Shown here one piece after another: positions 27,411 to 34,459 of a stretch of DNA of 34,459 nucleotides. The DNA comes from Chitinophagaceae bacterium. GTDB taxonomy: Bacteria; Bacteroidota; Bacteroidia; Chitinophagales; Chitinophagaceae. Location: contig CANKGM010000001.1 of assembly GCA_947481355.1 (NCBI GenBank), positions 1 to 34,459 of the forward strand. The letters run 5' to 3'. The notes under the pieces are model-generated. The model was not told the origin of the DNA and did no database searches. It saw only the letters and a program-made list of their open reading frames with translations. The number at the start of each line of letters is the position of its first letter. The stretch's first letter is position 1. Position numbers and translations under genes: made by a program.

Positions 27411-29930
27411 TTACAATTTAAGAATAGCTATAACAACTCCCGCAAGTGAAGCAATAGCACTCGAGATACCAATCATTTCACCAAAAGGTAAAGCCCCTCT
27501 AAATAATGGCTTTTTAGGAACAATAATTTCTGAACCGGGTTTCACTTTTGGTGTTTTTCTAAATATTAAAAAAGATCTTACTGTTTTTGCTTTACCATTT
27601 GCATAAACGATATAGGCACGTTTTTTCCATGCTTCTTTTGAAAAACCTCCAGCTGAATAAATGTATCCTCTAAAACGTTTACCCGGCTCAAATGGAATTT
27701 GAGTAGATTGTAATACAGCACCGTTAACTCTTACTTGGGCATCAAATTTTGGCACAATCAACACATCCTTCGCTTTCAAAATAACATCCTGTGTAGAACC
27801 AGGATTTTTTAAAATATACTCAAGATCAATAGGAATTCGATCAATCTCTTTATCTACATCTGTCAATACTGTCCCGGAAGAGTCAGCATAAAGGGACTGC
27901 ATGCGTCTTGTAGCATCACTTATTCTATTTCGGTCTTCCTCACTTTTAAATCGCTTTAAATATGCGCCTTCAATGCTAGCACTAGGAAGAACACCTCCAA
28001 CACGCTTAAACAAATCGCTTACTCGTTCTTGTGCATCACGCAATGCATAAGGTCCAGGAAATTGAACTTGTCCATCTACAAAAACAGTTTCAAGTGTATT
28101 GTATGCTGGCTTCTTTCTGATAGTTATAACATCATATGGCTTTAGTGCGACATCAAGTTCTCCAAATTTGAGGCTGTCTTTTATTTCTATTGTTTCAGTG
28201 ATACTTGCCCTTGTGTCATTTACTAAGATGGAGTCACGCGGAATAAGGTGTGCAATTTCAATAATACTTGAGGCTGCGTCTGTAAAACCTCCTGCTTGAA
28301 GTATCAGCCCCTTCAATGTCATTCCTTCTATATAAAAGTAATCACCAGGAAAATGAACCTCTCCCTGCAAGGTTATATTGAGGCTATCCTTCAAATCAGT
28401 AAGCGAACTAATAAATAATTGGTCTTCACGTTTCAAGACCAAATCAAAATTTGATACTTTTTGTAACGCTTTCAATACATTAAACGAAATCATTTCTTTT
28501 GTGAAATCATCTTTTTGTCTAACCAACAATCCTCTATCTAGGAAGGCGTCCTCTGATAACCCATCTGATTTTGCTATCAAATCGGAAATTCTCATCCCAG
28601 CAGTAAATTCATATAGATCAGGCCTGAAGACAGCTCCACTAATTTGGACACGATTCGTAAAACGATCAAGTATTTTATTTACTAAAAATATATCACCTGT
28701 TTCCGGTTTAAATAAATTAAAGTCTGCGCCAAGCAAATCTTTAACCATTCTTTCCTTCGGAGATTTTCTAATCACTTTTACCATGGCTGTATAAGCGGTA
28801 TCATCAAACCCACCAGCGAAATCAAGTATGTCTTTAAACGTCTCACTCGGTAACACTTCAAAAAGACCAGGTCGTTTAATTTGTCCGCTCAATTCCACAC
28901 GAGTTGTGTAGGAAGGAATTCTAATTATGTCGTTATCACGAAGTCGCACGTTATCGGATTGATCACCCTTTGCTAATAATCTGTATAAGTCAATTTTATG
29001 AACCACCTTACTATCACGAACAAGCTCAATCATTCGGTAGCTACCGATATTATTTGGCCCAGAAGCAAGTGACAATACAGAGTATACTGTTGATAGAGAA
29101 GGAACATCAAAACTGCCAGAATTAGCTGCGCCAATTACGGTTACTCGAATTGTCCTGATATCTCCTAATGTGATTGAAAGTGTTGACGTGCCATTTGAAA
29201 GTGTTGGGTAAGCTTTCCTCATCGTCTGCTTGATTCGAGATTGTGCAGCCTCTATAGTTAATCCACCAACTTTGATAATTCCTACATTTTCAATATGTAT
29301 TTGTCCTTCAGGGCTTACTGTAACATCCTCATTGTATTGTTGCAACCCAAACAAAACTATCTTCAATTGATCACCTGCACCTACTTCATAATTTAGTGGT
29401 GTAGCGACTGATAGATTTGGTTTTAAAAGACTATTCTTTTTTTCAGGACCTGAATTATTGAAAAGTTCTGACCCAAATATATAAATAGTGTTAGCCGCTC
29501 TTGGCCCTTTTATTCCAGTAATAGAATCGATCGATGACCTTTCAGCACTATTTCCTGCCTGACCAAGGGAGTTGATTTGTCTGGTGTTACCAGACTTCGC
29601 AGCATCAGCCTTATTTCCTGATTTATATTTGCCAGATAAAATCTTGCCTTTTGAGGGCGACAGATTAATCCTCTCTTTCAACTTTGTGTATTCAGTTGTT
29701 GGCATTCCTCTTGCGATCAGTTGCTCCCTTACGTCTTCAATGGTTAAACCAGCATTTGATAACTGCTGAGTAATTTTTACTATATCAGACTCGGATAAAA
29801 GATTGACCTTGACACTGGAAATATCCCTTGATTTTAAAAGGTCTTGTGAGTGAAGTCCTACAAAACAAAATAAAATCGTTAGAGTGAATAGAACTCTCAT
29901 TCTGGATGTATTTTTAAATATAAATTTCAT
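27411..29930 (-). CDS. Multi-SLBB polysaccharide export protein (OPX, Wza/KpsD-like)
   Basis: IFGSELF, YEVGAGD poly_export domain, repeated V...G.V..PG.Y...L...AGG SLBB units, and a C-terminal hydrophobic helix. An alternative start is ATG 29900. Confidence 0.9.
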   Translation of the reverse strand: MKFIFKNTSRMRVLFTLTILFCFVGLHSQDLLKSRDISSVKVNLLSESDIVKITQQLSNAGLTIEDVREQLIARGMPTTEYTKLKERINLSPSKGKILSGKYKSGNKADAAKSGNTRQINSLGQAGNSAERSSIDSITGIKGPRAANTIYIFGSELFNNSGPEKKNSLLKPNLSVATPLNYEVGAGDQLKIVLFGLQQYNEDVTVSPEGQIHIENVGIIKVGGLTIEAAQSRIKQTMRKAYPTLSNGTSTLSITLGDIRTIRVTVIGAANSGSFDVPSLSTVYSVLSLASGPNNIGSYRMIELVRDSKVVHKIDLYRLLAKGDQSDNVRLRDNDIIRIPSYTTRVELSGQIKRPGLFEVLPSETFKDILDFAGGFDDTAYTAMVKVIRKSPKERMVKDLLGADFNLFKPETGDIFLVNKILDRFTNRVQISGAVFRPDLYEFTAGMRISDLIAKSDGLSEDAFLDRGLLVRQKDDFTKEMISFNVLKALQKVSNFDLVLKREDQLFISSLTDLKDSLNITLQGEVHFPGDYFYIEGMTLKGLILQAGGFTDAASSIIEIAHLIPRDSILVNDTRASITETIEIKDSLKFGELDVALKPYDVITIRKKPAYNTLETVFVDGQVQFPGPYALRDAQERVSDLFKRVGGVLPSASIEGAYLKRFKSEEDRNRISDATRRMQSLYADSSGTVLTDVDKEIDRIPIDLEYILKNPGSTQDVILKAKDVLIVPKFDAQVRVNGAVLQSTQIPFEPGKRFRGYIYSAGGFSKEAWKKRAYIVYANGKAKTVRSFLIFRKTPKVKPGSEIIVPKKPLFRGALPFGEMIGISSAIASLAGVVIAILKL

Positions 29931-29959
29931 TCTTTGAGCTACTATCTAGTAGAAAATGT

Positions 29960-29981
29960 CTTAGTACATAAAGGTACTAAG
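29960..29981. promoter_or_regulatory. Palindrome CTTAGTAC-N6-GTACTAAG upstream of the export genes
   Basis: Perfect 8-bp inverted repeat overlapping a minus-strand TACCTTTA (-7-like). A second palindrome CTACTA-tc-TAGTAG is at 29939-29952. Confidence 0.4.
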
Positions 29982-30008
29982 TTGTAAAGCTATAAAAATA
30001 GGCAAAAC

Positions 30009-30761
30009 CTAAGACCATTGCTTCTTTAATGACGTATAAAAATAGATGATAAAGAAGGCTGCGGACCTCAAAAAGCCAAGTTTTTCGTATTTGTAGTAGA
30101 TAAGCCATCTCCAATGGGCCGCTTTAACTTTATTATACGATAAACCACCTGCATGCACCCGATATCCTGCCAAAACATCTGCAGTTGATATAGCCGAAGC
30201 TCCATTTCGTAGGATACTTAACCAAAGCTGGTAGTCTTCGTGACCAATTTCGGAAAAAGACGGCTCATTAACTATTTCACGATTTATAATAGAGGTTAAG
30301 CAACCTATAGAATTAGATTTCAGAAGATCGCTATAGGATACTTCTGAAGGAGCAAGAAAAGACTTTGATGTTGAAAGAGAATGGTCATTTATTACTTCAT
30401 AACTAGAAAAATAAATTGGTCGACCAGGATGAGATTGAATCAACTGCTGCTGTACGGCAAGTTTGTTGGGATACCAAATGTCATCACTATCTAAAAAAGC
30501 CAAAAAATTACCTTGTGCTTGCTTGATTCCTCTGTTGCGAGAATGGGAAACACCCATATTAGTATCATTATGAAAGACCTTAATTCGACTATCAACCTTG
30601 GCAAAATCAGATGCTATACTGAATGTATCATCAATAGAATTATCATCAATCACTATCAATTCCCAATGAGAATAAGTCTGATGTATAACTGATTCAATAC
30701 TTTCTTTAATGAACTTACGGGCATTAAAGGCAGGCATGATGATGGAAAAATAATAATCCAT
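30009..30761 (-). CDS. Glycosyltransferase family 2 (TuaG-like)
   Basis: SIIMPAFN, VIDDNSID, SRNRG, AFLDSDD, HEDY; TAATG overlap with the upstream gene. Confidence 0.93.
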   Translation of the reverse strand: MDYYFSIIMPAFNARKFIKESIESVIHQTYSHWELIVIDDNSIDDTFSIASDFAKVDSRIKVFHNDTNMGVSHSRNRGIKQAQGNFLAFLDSDDIWYPNKLAVQQQLIQSHPGRPIYFSSYEVINDHSLSTSKSFLAPSEVSYSDLLKSNSIGCLTSIINREIVNEPSFSEIGHEDYQLWLSILRNGASAISTADVLAGYRVHAGGLSYNKVKAAHWRWLIYYKYEKLGFLRSAAFFIIYFYTSLKKQWS

Positions 30762-32041
30762 TAAGTTTCCTTAATTCGCTTTTTAAAGAACGGATTTTGA
30801 CTCGGGAAAATGAAAGAGTGATTGTTTTTGGAAACCGCCATAACAAACCAGAAGGCTGGACTTGTAATTTGAGATTGAAAAAATATCATCAACAATAAAC
30901 AAATACCCCTTTTTGAAGAAAAATTTGTATTAGAGTTGTCATTATTGATGAATAAAATAGGAATTAAAATAAATGCAAATACACCTATATCATTCACTAA
31001 ATTGGCTAAGTAGGTCTGAGGATAAAATTTAATGTGGTCAGCAAGAGACAATACATCATGGGAGGCAAGATCTAACTCAAAATAATCTCCATAACCCTGC
31101 AGCAAGTAAGGGAATGACCCTAGTCCTGACCCAAATGGATGCTGAAGAATAGATGCAAAACCAAAGAAATTGAGGATTATCCTAGCTCCACCAGACGACT
31201 CTTGTATAAATACTAGGTCAAGAAGACTAAACTCATTACCGGAAAGGAGAAATTGCAGAGTTGATATAACCTGTGAAATACGACTCTCGGGAAAGATATT
31301 TGTATAGATTACAAAGCCAAAGAATATAGCTACAGCAATCAATAAAAACGTAATTAATCCTTTTTTTAAAGAAAATGATGGGAAAAGAAACAATACAGCA
31401 ATAAATATACCAAAGACAGACTTAGTTAGGAAAGTAAGGATAATCACTACTATTTTTAGCATTTTAAGATGCTTCCTGTCCCGCAAAGACATACTTAAAT
31501 CAGATAACTTATTTTCTATTTCGATGAGTAATATAATTTCAAAGACAGAAAAATAACTGGGCTCCGGTGTCAAAATTGAAATACCCCTAAACTCATTACC
31601 ACTTATATTGGCTGCCCTTGAAATGATAAAATAAAAGACCATTTGAGCAACACCAGGTAAAAGCAAAATAAATAAAGCAACAGATGATAACATTACCACA
31701 ACACTAGTTATCGTTTTAATAGAAACTTTATGGGGATATCGACGTAGAGCTAAGTAAATCAGTGGCCCAACCAAATACTTCAGTAGGTCTACGAAAGCGG
31801 AGAACCAATGATGATATATTAGGGTGATGAAGAAATAAACAACAATAAAGAATATGAGTATATAAACGAAGAAAACGTCACGTTTTATAGTAGTAAAGTC
31901 ATAATTACCATGCACTAAAATCAATAAAGCAAAAATTAATGCTATCAACGGTTGAGTTTCAATTCCAATAGGAATCAGTTTCAAGAAAATCAAGAAATAG
32001 GAGAAGAATAAGTAATTATATGCTTTTGCTTTAGACAACAC
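30761..32041 (-). CDS. Putative polysaccharide polymerase (Wzy-like)
   Basis: About 10-11 TMs; RG....EPSYF, TKS..G, SGGAR and HPFGSGLGSF motifs; lies among glycosyltransferases. Confidence 0.7.
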   Translation of the reverse strand: MLSKAKAYNYLFFSYFLIFLKLIPIGIETQPLIALIFALLILVHGNYDFTTIKRDVFFVYILIFFIVVYFFITLIYHHWFSAFVDLLKYLVGPLIYLALRRYPHKVSIKTITSVVVMLSSVALFILLLPGVAQMVFYFIISRAANISGNEFRGISILTPEPSYFSVFEIILLIEIENKLSDLSMSLRDRKHLKMLKIVVIILTFLTKSVFGIFIAVLFLFPSFSLKKGLITFLLIAVAIFFGFVIYTNIFPESRISQVISTLQFLLSGNEFSLLDLVFIQESSGGARIILNFFGFASILQHPFGSGLGSFPYLLQGYGDYFELDLASHDVLSLADHIKFYPQTYLANLVNDIGVFAFILIPILFINNDNSNTNFSSKRGICLLLMIFFQSQITSPAFWFVMAVSKNNHSFIFPSQNPFFKKRIKET

Positions 32042-32819
32042 GTGGTTCAGGTATTTTTAGGTACTTTTTTGAATACATAAGCTTGAACGTAAGTTTTTTA
32101 CCTAAGAGTTGAAAAATCAAAAATTTTATGACGATTTTAAACCAGATAAACCCTTCGTTCGTTTCTTTATGCAATTGTATAATGTCCTTAAGTTTACTAG
32201 AACTAGACTTACCACCCAATTCGAATATGGAAACAATTTTTTTATACAGCTTATGCGGAGCACTTTTTAATATTTTTTTCATCCAGAAATAATCCCCAGC
32301 AATTTTAAGTCGGTCATCAAAAAGATGCATTTTGTAATATGTACGAGGAACAAATGTAGATTGATGTGCAGGATACTTTATCATATTTTCCTCATAGGCT
32401 GGATTAGGTCTCAAGTAATAATCATGCTCGTGAAATTGAATTGAATAGCCTATTACTACATTATTGTAGACATCACAATGGGAAACAAGATCTTGAAGGT
32501 CAAACTCACTGTGAAAAGAGTCACCTGCATTCATAAAAATAATAGAATCTCCTGTTGATAGATTTAGTCCCTTATTCATTGCATGATATATACCTGAATC
32601 AGATTCAGAAATATATTTATAGAGAATACCCAACTCTTTAAATTTAGGAAAATAAGATTCTATGATACGTGGAGTTCCATCAGTGGATAAACCATCAACA
32701 AAAACGTATTCAATTTTTTTATAATTCAGATTCAAAACAGACTGTACTGTCTTTTCAATAAAGTCCTTGGAATTGAAGCTGATTGTAACGACTGATATAA
32801 GAGGCTGTGTATTCTCCAC
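32031..32819 (-). CDS. Glycosyltransferase family 2 (WcaE/WfgS-like)
   Basis: ISVVTISFN, VDGLSTDGT, SESDSGIYHAMNKG, FMNAGD, HQS, IAGDY. Confidence 0.93.
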   Translation of the reverse strand: MENTQPLISVVTISFNSKDFIEKTVQSVLNLNYKKIEYVFVDGLSTDGTPRIIESYFPKFKELGILYKYISESDSGIYHAMNKGLNLSTGDSIIFMNAGDSFHSEFDLQDLVSHCDVYNNVVIGYSIQFHEHDYYLRPNPAYEENMIKYPAHQSTFVPRTYYKMHLFDDRLKIAGDYFWMKKILKSAPHKLYKKIVSIFELGGKSSSSKLKDIIQLHKETNEGFIWFKIVIKFLIFQLLGKKLTFKLMYSKKYLKIPEPRVV

Positions 32820-32824
32820 TATAA

Positions 32825-33496
32825 TTAAACCTGCTGCTCTCTAATGAATTCCTGGAATGAATCTAAGTCTTTGAACTGTTCAACATATTTACGCAGCGCA
32901 CTATCATCAATATCCCACCACTTGGTCTTTAATAAAAAAGAAATTTTCTCTTCATCAAACCTAAAGCGTATGTGTTTAGCTGGTATACCGCCTATAATTT
33001 CATATGGAGAGACATCCTTAGTAACAACTGCCCCAGCACCAATAATCGCACCATCCCCTATGCGAACACCATCTTTTATAATCACATTTGCACCAATCCA
33101 AACATCATTCCCAATTTCTATTCGACTATATTCTTCAAAGGAATTTACATCAGTAAATTTGGTTTTGAACATGTTTTTAGTTGAATAAAATATAGGGCTT
33201 GTTGAAACAAATTTATCAGTAGGATGAATGCCAATGCCAATTTTACAGGAAGGCCCAATTGACGTGAATCCTCCAACAGAAACATTATTCAACACACTTG
33301 AAGCTGACACATATGTATACTTACCTAGTATGGAATTTTCAACCACGCAATGCTCATAAATTCTATTGTGATTACTGAATGAAACCTTTTTTATTCGTGC
33401 ACTAAAATGAACTCGAATATCTTTTATCGAATACCTTATGGATAGATAAACCGTAAATAAAAAATAATAGAGCCTTTTAATTAAATCGTATAGCAC
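32825..33496 (-). CDS. Hexapeptide-repeat O-acetyltransferase (CatB/XAT-related)
   Basis: HPT...STSP, IEIGNDVWIG and IGDGAIIGAGAVVTKDVSPY.IIGGIPAK.IRFRF, WWD. Confidence 0.9.
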   Translation of the reverse strand: MLYDLIKRLYYFLFTVYLSIRYSIKDIRVHFSARIKKVSFSNHNRIYEHCVVENSILGKYTYVSASSVLNNVSVGGFTSIGPSCKIGIGIHPTDKFVSTSPIFYSTKNMFKTKFTDVNSFEEYSRIEIGNDVWIGANVIIKDGVRIGDGAIIGAGAVVTKDVSPYEIIGGIPAKHIRFRFDEEKISFLLKTKWWDIDDSALRKYVEQFKDLDSFQEFIREQQV

Positions 33497-34421
33497 GTCT
33501 TATGGTTTTAATAAAATTATCGTTGATGAAAAACAAAAAAGAATGCACCCTGCTACCTTTCATAAAACGACACCTAAACTGTAACTCATCTAATTTAAAA
33601 TCGTAATCCACCACTTTGTTAGGCAAATATTTATCTAAATTAAAATTAACCGCTGTCTTGGATAGATAATTATATCGATCATCTTCAAAATGAGTAGACC
33701 TAGATGAAAAGCCATCATTCTGAACTAAATTCACAGGAGGGCGAACAACCTTCCCATGATGCTTCCAAATGGTGAGCATCCACTGATAATCCCATGTATC
33801 AACAGCATTTGAGAAAAAATCTTTTATTCGATTCAACCAAAAAGCCTTAATTAATCGATCATCAAATTGATTTGTAATAATATCGCTAGCCTCTTGAGGT
33901 GTAAAATTATATCGATAAGAATCCCATCTATCTTTCCAAGTAGCCCATCCCCAGATAAGAGGGAAGGATGAGTACTCATAAAGATTTTGTGTATGACTAT
34001 GGTAGAAATTCGACCCATCAATCTGCCAAATGGTTTTTTCCTCTCTAAAGTCAGTCAATCCGCGTTGTGAAAAACTAAAAAAAGATGAAGAAGGTAAACA
34101 ATCATCTTCTAAAATAATACCCTCTTCAACATGTGTAAAGAACCAATCAATAGCTTGACTGATAGAATTTCCACACCCCAAATTAGTTTGCCTTGCAAGA
34201 ATTCGAATATTGGTCGCCCAATCAACCCCATAAACCATTTCTTGAACAGCTTTACAAGCATCTACTTCTTCCTGTGAGTTATTTCTCGGGGCATCAAAAG
34301 CAATAAACAAATTATCGACTCTATTTTCTTTTAGAATCGTTAACACCCGTTGAGTAAGATCTGGTCGATTAAATACAATCAACAGAACAGGCGTATCAAA
34401 TGCATCGGGCAACAAAGACAA
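33477..34421 (-). CDS. Nucleotide-diphospho-sugar transferase (GT-A fold)
   Basis: PVLLIVFNRP, NLGCG, AIDWFF, IILEDD, WGWATWKDRW, TWDYQW, NLVQN.GF; TTG start. Confidence 0.88.
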   Translation of the reverse strand: MSLLPDAFDTPVLLIVFNRPDLTQRVLTILKENRVDNLFIAFDAPRNNSQEEVDACKAVQEMVYGVDWATNIRILARQTNLGCGNSISQAIDWFFTHVEEGIILEDDCLPSSSFFSFSQRGLTDFREEKTIWQIDGSNFYHSHTQNLYEYSSFPLIWGWATWKDRWDSYRYNFTPQEASDIITNQFDDRLIKAFWLNRIKDFFSNAVDTWDYQWMLTIWKHHGKVVRPPVNLVQNDGFSSRSTHFEDDRYNYLSKTAVNFNLDKYLPNKVVDYDFKLDELQFRCRFMKGSRVHSFLFFINDNFIKTIRRAIRFN

Positions 34422-34459
34422 TTAATATTTTGATAATAATTTACTCAACCTCAAACGAA
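34422..34459 (-). CDS. Probable 3' end of the next upstream locus gene (partial)
   Basis: Open frame ...RLRLSKLLSKY-TAA whose stop directly abuts the TTG start at 34421. Too short to identify. Confidence 0.4.
   Translation of the reverse strand, partial: RLRLSKLLSKY

Noticed and set aside
3487-33188. Other short ORFs nested in or antisense to larger genes (e.g. 5603-6043, 6075-6446, 8822-9181, 25798-26196, 28378-28794, 32844-33188)
   Set aside because: They lie essentially within well-supported CDSs and show no family motifs.
32825-33496. CatB/Vat-like protein as an antibiotic resistance gene
   Set aside because: It is embedded in and coupled to glycosyltransferase genes with no mobile context; sugar O-acetylation is more parsimonious.
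33477-34421. 'Hemolytic protein HlpA-like' virulence label often given to this family
   Set aside because: The EDD motif and context indicate a GT-A glycosyltransferase; there is no evidence of toxin function.

Overview
AT-rich bacterial chromosome segment, most likely Bacteroidota (Chitinophagaceae-like). This rests on TAnnTTTG promoter motifs, a Bacteroidota-type L32, and DUF3810, DUF4412-like, Wzi-like and multi-SLBB proteins; the taxonomy is inferred. The left 10.6 kb is housekeeping/metabolic: a 3'-truncated smc missed by the ORF track, a Gfo/Idh/MocA oxidoreductase, a GH20 beta-hexosaminidase, a secreted Met-rich DUF4412/GLPGLI-like protein, a DUF3810 HExxH protein, and yceD-rpmF-plsX. 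From 10617 to the right edge lies a Wzx/Wzy-type surface polysaccharide locus of more than 23 kb. It contains a Wzz-like co-polymerase, three Wzi-like outer-membrane proteins, a WcaJ-type initiating transferase, GT4/GT2/GT26 glycosyltransferases, a lectin-like lipoprotein, two Wzy/O-antigen-ligase-like proteins, a methyltransferase, Wzx, a CDP-paratose-2-epimerase-like SDR, a multi-SLBB export protein and an O-acetyltransferase. A four-gene block within it is on the opposite strand behind a mirror-symmetric divergent promoter. Non-coding structure includes a large inverted array of 7-bp repeats (4393-4521), an 18-bp perfect inverted repeat that supplies the DUF3810 C-terminus (7547-7625), a DnaA box upstream of smc, and a palindrome upstream of the export genes. 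I saw no rRNA, tRNA, CRISPR array, transposase, integrase or defence gene. I cannot establish a new system from sequence alone; the best candidates are the triple-Wzi plus lipoprotein glycan-anchoring module and the inverted short-repeat elements.
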